Shown: one piece after another, positions 55,057 through 64,000 of the stretch
How positions within the stretch are numbered: the first letter of the stretch is position 1
Layout: each line of letters starts with the position of its first letter
From: Alkalibacterium sp.
GTDB taxonomy: Bacteria; Bacillota; Bacilli; Lactobacillales; Carnobacteriaceae_A
Assembly: GCA_007692455.1 (NCBI GenBank)
Contig: RECC01000056.1
Coordinates: forward strand, 25,654 to 89,653
Length of the DNA stretch: 64,000 nucleotides
Reading direction: 5' to 3'
Position numbers and translations under genes: made by a program
The notes under the pieces: generated by a model
Told to the model about the DNA's origin: nothing
What the model saw: the letters and a program-made list of their open reading frames with translations, nothing else
Database searches by the model: none

Positions 55057-55812
55057 TTAATTCCCATAAGTTAATCGATTCATTTCCCTGTCAAAATAGT
55101 CGGTTATTTTATCCATTGTCGTAGCTCTAACCAGGTGCTCTTCTTCTTCCTGGATAAAAGTGATATTAGGAGATGGATTAGCCTTCACAAATTCCACCAC
55201 ATCCGTAAACGGAACGACTCGATCTTCGGTTCCATGCCAGAATAGCAAGGGCCGATCCTTTAAAGTGTCCGGGTGCAGTGACAGGTCATATTTCGGTACC
55301 CAGGACAGCAGTTCTTTATAATCGTGAGGATAGAACCTTCCGGCTTCTTCTGCGTGCTGCATGATGCGCTCACCGTAGTGGTGAGGCTTTGGAGATCCCA
55401 TGACACAGGCTGCCACTTTAATTTCAGGATGATGCGTCAGCAGAGCACACGTCGTAATGCCTCCCATGGAAACACCCCCGACAGCTATCCGGTCATCTGC
55501 CAGCCCCAGTTTTTTAAAATGGTTTACAATAAAACCGAATTCGAATAAGTTAGTATGAATACTCTGCCAGAATGTGAGAGAAGGAATACGTGTGATATCC
55601 TGCCTCCGATCACCATGATTGGCTGCGTCCGGCAAAATCACTCTAAATCCTTTTTCTGCCAATTTTCGCCCCTGAGTCAGAACGAGTTCTTTGGCCGACT
55701 GCCAACCGTGATAGTAAACAATGAGCGGCAGCAGCTGATTTCTTTCTGAACGGGGAACCACTTCAAGCAATGGAATCGATCCAAGCGAACGTTGTCTAAT
55801 CGTCAGTTTCAT
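55057..55812 (-). CDS. alpha/beta hydrolase (esterase, YjfP/YitV-like)
   Basis: YYHGW, GVSMGG nucleophile elbow, WHGTEDRVVP; ATG at 55812 after GAGGG. Confidence 0.88.
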   Translation of the reverse strand: MKLTIRQRSLGSIPLLEVVPRSERNQLLPLIVYYHGWQSAKELVLTQGRKLAEKGFRVILPDAANHGDRRQDITRIPSLTFWQSIHTNLFEFGFIVNHFKKLGLADDRIAVGGVSMGGITTCALLTHHPEIKVAACVMGSPKPHHYGERIMQHAEEAGRFYPHDYKELLSWVPKYDLSLHPDTLKDRPLLFWHGTEDRVVPFTDVVEFVKANPSPNITFIQEEEEHLVRATTMDKITDYFDREMNRLTYGN

Positions 55813-56620
55813 GTTGATTTCCCTCATTACTTTTTTTATTGCGGAAATAATAGCGCCATTTGTCTTCGAGTGGTTTGTCTTCTGTAAACAGTTCCGGATT
55901 TTTTTGCAGCAGTTCAGACAGCACGTCATTAGTCTGCGCCGCATCCACTAATCGGACCATGGCATCGCCTAATTGTCCTTTAATCTGTGCTCCTTCTTCA
56001 TCTAAAATTTCATCCACTTTCCAGAATCGTTCGGACCAGTCCGGCCCGCTGTGACGATAGGTAGGAATCTCCACTTTTTTACCCGTGTGCAGAATACTGT
56101 ATAAGGTTTCGGGTGTTTCTGACAGTCGGTTGGGCACCTCCATCCATTCTTCAATGCCGTGGATAAATGTACATTTCGTCAAATCAACACCCAGCATAAG
56201 TATCTGCGCCTGCCTGTCGACCAGCTTCCCCCATACAGATTCTCTTGCACATGCTGTACTGAATTGGTATTCGCCTTCAGTAAAAGACTTTGCTTCTTTA
56301 CCAAGAGCAGCCACTGAATGCGTCGGATGTTCAGATCTGACAACTCCTTCACGCTTTCTGAACAGTTCAGTCAGTACGCCGACATTTGAAGGTGATTCCT
56401 TCACGTCAAACACCGGGTTATCCTTATTGATATATTCCCAGGTGTGAGTTGGCAAAACCAGCAGCCCGTTCTTCATAAACTCGCTTAACGCATCCAGAAC
56501 AGTCGCCGGCCCTCCTTCTATGTCTCCCATGCTTTTGTAGGATGAATGCACTAGAAGAGTCCCTTCCCTGTCGATATTCAAAGCCTCCAGCTGGTTCAGT
56601 AAATCTTTTTTTGAATACAT
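55796..56620 (-). CDS. AAC(3)-family (aminoglycoside N3-acetyltransferase-like, YokD-like) protein
   Basis: LLVHSSYKSMG, LVLPTHTW, RSEHPTHSVAALG, TFIHGIEE. Confidence 0.88.
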   Translation of the reverse strand: MYSKKDLLNQLEALNIDREGTLLVHSSYKSMGDIEGGPATVLDALSEFMKNGLLVLPTHTWEYINKDNPVFDVKESPSNVGVLTELFRKREGVVRSEHPTHSVAALGKEAKSFTEGEYQFSTACARESVWGKLVDRQAQILMLGVDLTKCTFIHGIEEWMEVPNRLSETPETLYSILHTGKKVEIPTYRHSGPDWSERFWKVDEILDEEGAQIKGQLGDAMVRLVDAAQTNDVLSELLQKNPELFTEDKPLEDKWRYYFRNKKSNEGNQHETDD

Positions 56621-56875
56621 ATTAGTCTCCTTTTGCCTTTTCAGTCTTACTTCATAATTTTTCAGTAGTCTATTTGCTAAGTCTTAAATTGATTAAACCT
56701 TATTCTCCTTTAGAATGCAACTCCAGCTGGTTATTCATCATCCTTTCAATAATCAAACAGCTGTGCTCCAATAATTACAATCTTAAGAAGTGGCTCATAT
56801 CATATTAGGAAGGATTTATACAGAAAAAAACCACACGAGAAATCGTCTCATGTGGTCCAACTTATAGTTATATTA

Positions 56876-58162
56876 TTAATCCAGAATGCGAATAGTGACA
56901 TTACGTCTGCCCCATTGCAGAGCTTCGGCTACCGTTTGGAAATGAATATCAATGATATTTCCTTTAATGGCACCACCGGTATCGCCGGCAATGTAAACGC
57001 CCATTCCTTCTACTTCAACCATTGTACCTAATGGAATAATAGACGGATCAACTGCGATGACTCGTGGATTGACTCGTAAATCAATACCAGTTGCAGTATG
57101 AGTGCTTAAGCTTGGCTGTCTTGTTGAATAGCCTGTTGCTTGTACCCGCATGGTTCTTCCAGAACTCTGATTGTTCGCCGGTTCTGATTTTGCAGGTGCA
57201 GGATCAGGTTTAGCAGGTGCAGGATTAGCTGCCGGCTGTGATGACTGGCTGCTTGATGACTGGCTGCTTGATGAGTTGTTTGAAGATGCAGATGCAGTGG
57301 CTGTCTGATTATTAGCCGGGCTAGCTGCTGCACTGCTGCTTGATGAAGAGCTGGATGAAGATGTCGTTCCTTCATTGGATGCAGCATTTCGTTCAGCTGT
57401 CGATCTGGCTGCAGCTCTCTGAGCAGTTGCTCTTTCTTCAGCGGCTCTTTCTTCGGCTTCTCTTTCAGCTTCTGCACGAGCTACTGCTTCTCTTGCTTCT
57501 CGACGTGCTTCTTCAATTCGGGCAACTTCTGCTGCTTCTTTTTCGACTAAGGCTGTCAATTCTGACTCGTTATCTTTAATAAGTGCTTGTAAAGAAGAGA
57601 TTTTTTCGTCAAAGGCTTCTTTTTGAGCAACAGCTTCTATGCGGCTTTCTTCCAGATTCTGCTGACTCTCTTCAAGCTGGTTCTGCAAGTCAACTAATTG
57701 TTGCACTTCTTCTTCTGCCTGAACAATCTGTTGATTGTTTGCATCAGTTAAGCGAATAATGACAAGTGCACGGTTAAAGAAATCAGCTAGACTTTCTGCT
57801 TCCATTATGGTTAGAACCATATTCTGATTTGTTTCGTTAAGCTGAAGAGACTGTAGACGCGTGCGGGCTTGTTCCAAACGAGCCGCTACAACTTCTTCCT
57901 GGTCCAACACTTCTATCTCAGTCTGAACTATACCTTCTTCTTTTTCACTAATATCTTTGTCCAGTTCAGCCAGCTTCAAGCTAAGTTCGCTGACTTCCTC
58001 CAAAACTGTATTTACTTCTTTCTGTAATGAAGATATTTCCTGGTGTTTCTGTTCTTGCTGCTCTTGAATAGCTTCCAGCGTATTTGCCGAAGCAGTTGTC
58101 GCATTTCCTAAAGTTAGAAAAGCTGCTACCGCAACAACCATACCCACTATATTCTTTTTCAT
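56876..58162 (-). CDS. secreted cell-wall protein: PcsB/CwlO-like coiled coil + Ser/Ala/Pro linker + 3D domain
   Basis: Signal peptide, AESLADFFNR, ATGY...TATG...IAVDPSIIPLG...AGDTGGAIKGNIIDI. Confidence 0.92.
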   Translation of the reverse strand: MKKNIVGMVVAVAAFLTLGNATTASANTLEAIQEQQEQKHQEISSLQKEVNTVLEEVSELSLKLAELDKDISEKEEGIVQTEIEVLDQEEVVAARLEQARTRLQSLQLNETNQNMVLTIMEAESLADFFNRALVIIRLTDANNQQIVQAEEEVQQLVDLQNQLEESQQNLEESRIEAVAQKEAFDEKISSLQALIKDNESELTALVEKEAAEVARIEEARREAREAVARAEAEREAEERAAEERATAQRAAARSTAERNAASNEGTTSSSSSSSSSSAAASPANNQTATASASSNNSSSSQSSSSQSSQPAANPAPAKPDPAPAKSEPANNQSSGRTMRVQATGYSTRQPSLSTHTATGIDLRVNPRVIAVDPSIIPLGTMVEVEGMGVYIAGDTGGAIKGNIIDIHFQTVAEALQWGRRNVTIRILD

Positions 58163-58375
58163 CGCGTAAAAGAACACCCTTCTTTATTTTATTTTGAATT
58201 AAAACTATCTTAAAATTAAATGTTCAATGCCACGCTATTATACCGATAAAAGGCATGAAGTACATTTCTATTCCTTTACATTTTATTACAAAGCACATAT
58301 AAATTAGGGGGTGTGCAGAGAGTAAGCCGCCACAATTGTAATGCAGGGCAGTTTAGATAGCGCTTTCTCCATTAT

Positions 58376-58392
58376 TGTAATTTTTCTGTAAT
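58376..58392 (+). promoter_or_regulatory. WalR box between the 3D-domain gene and ppx
   Basis: TGTAAT-TTTTC-TGTAAT; 3D-domain autolysin genes are known WalR targets (B. subtilis yocH). Confidence 0.65.
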
Positions 58393-58487
58393 ATAATGCG
58401 GTATTTTAGACATTATCAGGGCAACTTTAGTATGATTAACGTATTAGTGATGAGAAAACATACACATGCAAGTGGGAGAGTGCTGAT

Positions 58488-60053
58488 ATGACAAACGAAC
58501 GGTTCGGCTTAATCGATGTAGGATCCAATACAATCCGATTGGTTATTTTTGAAATGGATGAGTTTCAGGGTGTAACAGAACTCCAAAATATTAAAACGCC
58601 TGCGAGACTCGTGCAGTACTTAAATGATGAAAAAGAAATGTCACAAAAAGGAATTGACGTGCTCGTAACTGTACTGAAAAGCTTTACTGAGATTGCCGAG
58701 CGCTATTCCATAAAAGATTCCAAGGCTATAGCAACTGCTGCAGTCAGACAATCGACAAATCATAGTGCTATTATTGAAAAAGTAAAGGAAGAAGTCGGTC
58801 TTGAACTAGAGTTGCTTCCGGAAGAAAAAGAAGCATACTACGGTAACTATGCAGTGCGGCATACTATGGATATAAAAGATGGCATCAGTATCGATATCGG
58901 GGGCGGCAGTACAGAACTGACTCTCTATAAAGATAAGGAAGTACTTGAAATGCACAGTTTTCCATTCGGAGCCGTGTCTTTACAGCAAAAGTTCTTTAAC
59001 AATAAAAAACATAATGACAAAAAAGCTATAAAAGAAGCCAGAAATTGGGTCAAGGAACAGTTTAAAGAATACCAATGGGTAATTGACGCTTCTGTTCCTT
59101 TGGTCGGAATAGGCGGTTCTGCACGTAACTATGCAGAAATCAACCAGCGTCAGATTGATTACCCTATCGCTGGGATTCACGAATATACCATGACACCCGA
59201 TGAATTGACCGATACTTTTGATTTACTTGTTGATAGTTCTATGAAAGATTTAAGCAGTCTTGACGGCTTAAGTTCAGATCGTAGAGATATCATTATCCCT
59301 GCCGGCATAGTATTCACAGAACTTATGGACATCATGAAGGCTCCTGACTTTTCAATCAGTAACCGTGGCCTTCGTGAAGGCATAATTCTTGAGCGTCTGA
59401 ATAAAGAGTACAAAGAGCCCTATGACTTATACGGCGTTAAAAGACAGACCGTCCAGCGCTTATTCAAGCAATACAAGATTCGTCCCATCAGTGCACATCA
59501 GCGCATATTGCTGGCTGATCAGCTGATTACTATGCTGAAGGATAAAGGACTCCTGTCAGTAGAAGATGAACACCTGTACCTGCTGCATTATGGTGCCACT
59601 CTGTACTATCTGGGCAGTTATATAGAAGATGATTCAAAATCCCAGCATACGTTTTATATTGTTTCGAATACGAATCTGCATGGTTTCAATCACAAGGACC
59701 GGGTACGCCTTGCTCTGATTTCCAGCTATAAAAACCGTTCGCTATACAAGCAGTACGTGAAAACAGTGAGCGACTGGTTCAATGACGACGAGAAAGACAG
59801 ACTACTCTATCTCGGCTGCATCATAAAATTCGCAGAGGCATTGAGCGATTCACATGTCAACTTTGTTAAAGACATGGACATCATTGAAAAAGACGATGAC
59901 ACCTTTGAACTGACAGTTACCTATTCGGGCGATGCCATTGCAGAGGAATACCGGGCAAACAAACATAAAAATCATCTGGAACGTGTACTTGGAAAGCCCC
60001 TCACGATTATCTTCCAGAGCGAAGCACACCAGGCGTCCAAGACGGAGGGATAA
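58488..60053 (+). CDS. ppx: exopolyphosphatase (Ppx/GppA)
   Basis: IDVGSNTIRL, ATAAVR, DIGGGSTE, GLREG. Confidence 0.95.
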   Translation: MTNERFGLIDVGSNTIRLVIFEMDEFQGVTELQNIKTPARLVQYLNDEKEMSQKGIDVLVTVLKSFTEIAERYSIKDSKAIATAAVRQSTNHSAIIEKVKEEVGLELELLPEEKEAYYGNYAVRHTMDIKDGISIDIGGGSTELTLYKDKEVLEMHSFPFGAVSLQQKFFNNKKHNDKKAIKEARNWVKEQFKEYQWVIDASVPLVGIGGSARNYAEINQRQIDYPIAGIHEYTMTPDELTDTFDLLVDSSMKDLSSLDGLSSDRRDIIIPAGIVFTELMDIMKAPDFSISNRGLREGIILERLNKEYKEPYDLYGVKRQTVQRLFKQYKIRPISAHQRILLADQLITMLKDKGLLSVEDEHLYLLHYGATLYYLGSYIEDDSKSQHTFYIVSNTNLHGFNHKDRVRLALISSYKNRSLYKQYVKTVSDWFNDDEKDRLLYLGCIIKFAEALSDSHVNFVKDMDIIEKDDDTFELTVTYSGDAIAEEYRANKHKNHLERVLGKPLTIIFQSEAHQASKTEG

Positions 60054-60055
60054 AG

Positions 60056-62179
60056 ATGGTTAAAAAGCAGCTGAATATTGAAGATCCTGACTTTTATCAG
60101 AACCGGGAGCTTTCCTGGCTGGATTTTAATGCTCGTGTCATTGAAGAAGCTAACGACTCAACCAACCCCCTCCTTGAGCAGCTGAAATTTCTTGCAATCG
60201 GCAGTTCCAATTTAGATGAATTCTATAAGATTCGCGTCGCTGGACTTCAGGACCAGCTGAAGATGGGTGTGGAAGAACCGGACACAAAAAAACAGTGGTC
60301 ACCTAAAAAGCAGCTACAGGAAGTCACTAGAAAAAACAGAATAATTGTCACACGACAGTATGAACTGTTTGAAAAAAAGAAAGCCGAACTAATCAGTCGA
60401 GGAATTCTACTCAGATCTGTCAGCGAACTGAGCGAAGAAAACAAAACCAAAGCACGCAGCCTTTTTCTGAAAGATATTGAGCCGGCTATAACCCCATATG
60501 GGATTGATGCCTACCGTCCGTTTCCCCATCTAGCTGATGGGGTGCTCCATCTTTTCGTTCGACTGGAAAAATCCGGGAATCCCTTTGTGGCCATTGTCCC
60601 CGTACCACAGCGTCTACCGCGTGTACACCCGATTCACACATCAGAAGCTACTTATCTGCTGCTGATAGAGGACTTGATGTATGCTTATTTATCCGATTTA
60701 TTTAAGGGTTACTCGGTCACCTATTCCTTTACTTTCAGAATAACCAGAAATGCTGATCTCGAGATCCAGGAAGAAGGCGCCGAAGATTTACTTTCTGCAA
60801 TTGAAGATTATCTCGAAAAAAGGAAAAACGGCATGGCTGTCAGGCTGGAGATTGACCAGCGGGAAACGGACATTTCCATTGAAGATGATATTGAATACAT
60901 TAAGAAGGCCTTGTCCATCAAGCAGCGTGATATATATGTACTGGATGGGCCGATTGATTTAACCTTTCTTTTTGAAATGAAAGATATATTGAGAAAAAAA
61001 TTACCTAATGAATCCTTTGAGCCTTTCTCTCCTTTCTACCCTGCCATTTATACTAAAGAACCGATTTATTCACTGGCTCGACGGAGAGACTTGTTTTTCC
61101 ATCACCCCTATGACTCTTTTGAGCCGGTTATACAGTTCATCAGAGAAGCTGTTGAAGATGAGCGTACAGTTTCCATCAAGCAGACCTTATACCGTGTCAG
61201 CGAGGATTCACCGCTGATTGAAGCACTGAAAGCAGCTGCAAAAAAAGGCATTCAAGTAACTGTTCTCGTTGAACTGAAAGCCCGCTTTGATGAAGCCAAT
61301 AATGTTCACTGGGCTAAAGAGCTCGAAGAATCGGGCGCTCATATCCTTTATGGGGTGAAGGAACTGAAGACACACAGCAAGGCTTCCCTTGTTGTTAAAA
61401 GAGAGCGCGATGGTTTCAGACGCTATGTTCATCTAGGCACTGGTAACTATAATGAACAAACTGCTCGCCTCTACACGGATATGGGGCTGATAACATCTAA
61501 TCCAAAAATTACTCAGGATGTCTTCAGTTTCTTTAATTATCTGAGCGGTTATTCGAATCAGCCTCACTATCACTATCTGCACGTCTCACCTTTTGACATC
61601 CGGGATGCCTTTATCGAGAATATCGAAAAGGAAGTACAGCTGCATAAACGTTATGGTAACGGACACGTTATCGCTAAGATGAATTCACTTACCGATAAAA
61701 AAATGCTGATAAAACTCTATGAGGCCAGTCAGGCTGGAGTGAAGATTGAACTGATTGTCAGAGGTATCTGCTGCCTGATTCCAGGTATTCCTGGAGTAAG
61801 TGAAAACATCACCGTTCGCAGTATCATCGGTCGTTTTCTGGAGCACAGCCGAATTTACTACTTCCATCATAATGGCGAAGACAATCTCTATCTGTCTTCT
61901 GCAGACATGATGACTCGAAATATGATCAAACGGGTGGAAATTGCCTTTCCTATTTTAGATAAGCAACAGAAGGCTCATATCCTGTCTATTCTCAAGCTGT
62001 ATCTTTATGACAACACCAAAGCTTGGGTTTTAAATGAACAGGGCCTCTACCAAAAAATCCAGACTAGAGAAAACCCGGTTCATGCTCAAAAAGAACTGAT
62101 GGAACTGAGTCGTAAAGCTGCTTTAGAAAATAGTGAAAATAAAGGCAAGTGGTCCAGGCTGATAAAGCTGTTTAGATAA
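60056..62179 (+). CDS. ppk1: polyphosphate kinase 1
   Basis: NRELSWLDFNARV, HHPYDSF, ELKARFDE, KTHSK, RFLEHSRI. Confidence 0.97.
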   Translation: MVKKQLNIEDPDFYQNRELSWLDFNARVIEEANDSTNPLLEQLKFLAIGSSNLDEFYKIRVAGLQDQLKMGVEEPDTKKQWSPKKQLQEVTRKNRIIVTRQYELFEKKKAELISRGILLRSVSELSEENKTKARSLFLKDIEPAITPYGIDAYRPFPHLADGVLHLFVRLEKSGNPFVAIVPVPQRLPRVHPIHTSEATYLLLIEDLMYAYLSDLFKGYSVTYSFTFRITRNADLEIQEEGAEDLLSAIEDYLEKRKNGMAVRLEIDQRETDISIEDDIEYIKKALSIKQRDIYVLDGPIDLTFLFEMKDILRKKLPNESFEPFSPFYPAIYTKEPIYSLARRRDLFFHHPYDSFEPVIQFIREAVEDERTVSIKQTLYRVSEDSPLIEALKAAAKKGIQVTVLVELKARFDEANNVHWAKELEESGAHILYGVKELKTHSKASLVVKRERDGFRRYVHLGTGNYNEQTARLYTDMGLITSNPKITQDVFSFFNYLSGYSNQPHYHYLHVSPFDIRDAFIENIEKEVQLHKRYGNGHVIAKMNSLTDKKMLIKLYEASQAGVKIELIVRGICCLIPGIPGVSENITVRSIIGRFLEHSRIYYFHHNGEDNLYLSSADMMTRNMIKRVEIAFPILDKQQKAHILSILKLYLYDNTKAWVLNEQGLYQKIQTRENPVHAQKELMELSRKAALENSENKGKWSRLIKLFR

Positions 62180-62304
62180 AAGCTGCATATTTCAGAATTA
62201 ACTTAATGGAGATTTTGTTCATTACGTTGATCCTGAGCATGCGGCTTTTTTTCCGCATGTGATGACTTCTATCTGATATACTAACGTTACGAGGAGGTTA
62301 TTTC

Positions 62305-63273
62305 ATGTCAACGATTCAGGACATTGCCCAGCACGCCGGAGTGTCTTCAGCTACTGTTTCACGCGTCATTAACAACAGCGGTTATGTAGGAGAAGAGACC
62401 CGTGCCAAAGTGGAAGCGGCAATTGATGAGCTAAATTACAGTCCTAATAAAAATGCTCAGCATCTAAGACGCGGCAGCACCATGAATTTCGGTATTATCA
62501 GCACACAGTTCAACGATACGGCCGTCGCTCGAATCAACTCGTTTATATCGAGAGCCTATTCAGCAGGTTACACCACAACAATGTTTGTGACAAACAATGA
62601 TAAGAAACGGGAAATTGAAGCCTTCGAAATGCTGAAGTCAAAGCAACTGGATGGCATCTTTCTGATTTACCGGGCTAATGAATGGTCTTTACTTGAAAAA
62701 TACGCGGCATTTGGTCCGATAGTAACGCTCCATAATGTCTATTCAGAACAGATTCCCTCAGTCTTTATTGATCACTATGAGGGACAGAAACTTGCCCTGG
62801 AGTTCCTCTGGAAAAGCGGCCGCAAGAAGATTCTCAACCTTTACGGCACTGCTTCCGGCTTGAATACTCAGCGACGCATTCAAGCCTATTCTGATTTCTG
62901 TGCAGACAAGAATTTAGTCCCCTATTCTTCGGAGCCCTTTATCCATACAGTTTCTAGAGAAAAGGTCGAAGATATTGTTGATTGGATTCTCCAGCAGGAA
63001 TCGGGCCCGGACGCTATTGTAACCCATTCCGATTCAATTGCTGCTCTCGTTGTCTCCCGCTTAAAACGCAGAGGTGTAAACATTCCAGAGGAAATAGCCG
63101 TCGTCGGCTTTGATAATCTTGCTATCAGTGATGTTATGGATATGACGACCGTTGATTACGGTATTGGAGAGCAAGGGAAAAATGCCTGCCGACTGCTGCT
63201 CAAAAAGTTAGACCAGCCTACAGAACCACTTGTGCCTCTATCCTTTAAACTGATTGAGCGGAAAACGACCTGA
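62305..63273 (+). CDS. LacI family transcriptional regulator
   Basis: TIQDIAQHAGVSSATVSRVIN, YSPN, VVGFDN. Confidence 0.94.
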   Translation: MSTIQDIAQHAGVSSATVSRVINNSGYVGEETRAKVEAAIDELNYSPNKNAQHLRRGSTMNFGIISTQFNDTAVARINSFISRAYSAGYTTTMFVTNNDKKREIEAFEMLKSKQLDGIFLIYRANEWSLLEKYAAFGPIVTLHNVYSEQIPSVFIDHYEGQKLALEFLWKSGRKKILNLYGTASGLNTQRRIQAYSDFCADKNLVPYSSEPFIHTVSREKVEDIVDWILQQESGPDAIVTHSDSIAALVVSRLKRRGVNIPEEIAVVGFDNLAISDVMDMTTVDYGIGEQGKNACRLLLKKLDQPTEPLVPLSFKLIERKTT

Positions 63274-63550
63274 TAGTCTTTTAAAATATATTTCAATACT
63301 TAAAATTAGGTAGTAACGCCAATCGAAAACCTTAAGCTATGAATACCTTAAGGTTTTCCCTTTGAATTTTAAAGGTCGATTCACTTGGTTGTTCTCTCTT
63401 GAGTTGGCTAGCCAACTCATTTGCGAATCAAGATTTATTTCAATCTTTTCCTAATATACTTGGGCCTTTCATAATATAAAAAAATACGGTGCCTCATCCA
63501 AAATGGAGAAGCACCGCCTTTTTATTTAGTTTATTTACTTCTAAGGTACT

Positions 63551-64000
63551 TTAAGCACCCGTTTCCTGTCGTATCCGCTGATTCAATTTTCTCTGCTCTC
63601 TTTTCCTGTTCAATGTCGCTTTGATCAGTCCTTTTTTAGGTGAGAGGACAAAGATGGAGAGAGTGGTAACTCCTGTGATAACTGCAATCATTCCAGCAAT
63701 AGTTGTATTGAAAAAGAAAGCGAATTGGACACCTAAAACACTGTTGACTATAGCCATTGCTACCGCAATGATAATCATCACATGTAATCGGTCGGTAAGC
63801 AAGAAGGCTGCCAAAGGCGGACCTACCATAAAACCAACTACCAGTATGGATCCGACTGAGTCATATGCTCCGACTGCTGTCAGAGACACCAGCGTCATCA
63901 GACCATAATGGATGAGGGCCGGTGAAAAACCGATAGCAGCGGCAAAACCGGCATCGAATGTCGTGATTTTAAGTTCTTTATAGAAAAGAAAGATAAATGT
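63551..64000 (-). CDS. Mn/Zn/Fe ABC transporter permease (MntD/TroD-like), 3' part
   Basis: Frame continues to the window edge: FYKELKITTFDAGFAAAIGFSPALIHYGLMTLVSLTAVGAYDSVGSILVVG. Confidence 0.88.
   Translation of the reverse strand, partial: TFIFLFYKELKITTFDAGFAAAIGFSPALIHYGLMTLVSLTAVGAYDSVGSILVVGFMVGPPLAAFLLTDRLHVMIIIAVAMAIVNSVLGVQFAFFFNTTIAGMIAVITGVTTLSIFVLSPKKGLIKATLNRKREQRKLNQRIRQETGA

Noticed and set aside
57181-57275. Short tandem repeats (TGATGACTGGCTGCT x2, GCAGGTGCAGGAT x2)
   Set aside because: They encode the low-complexity Ser/Gln/Pro/Ala linker of the 3D-domain protein, which is ordinary.

Overview
This is a housekeeping-rich chromosomal window from a low-GC Firmicute. Gene order and protein style point to Lactobacillales/Carnobacteriaceae, possibly Alkalibacterium-like (inference). 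The conserved metG-tatD-rnmV-rsmA-veg-ispE-(Zn ABC)-purR-glmU-prs backbone is interrupted by pyc, two tandem membrane diguanylate cyclases and a general stress gene. The rest holds T-box-regulated tyrS, a Fur-boxed iron-siderophore ABC operon, glpK-glpO-glpF, pta, ung, cobB, pdxK, uvrC, an ECF S-component/DUF4430 pair, an AAC(3)-family gene, a 3D-domain cell-wall protein and ppx-ppk. I saw no rRNA, tRNA, intact transposase, prophage or cas gene. Most unusual: (1) a non-coding array at 25162-25515 with 7 units of 52-bp period. Each unit has two degenerate 14-bp half-sites in opposite orientation, separated by variable 15-nt and 9-nt spacers. A second, sequence-distinct 51-bp array of the same design lies at 54756-54898. 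(2) A Zur-boxed zinc locus in which one ~90-aa HYH-motif domain occurs twice, as the head of a stand-alone acidic lipoprotein and as an insertion in the His-loop of AdcA/ZnuA. All calls come from reading the sequence; no searches were run.
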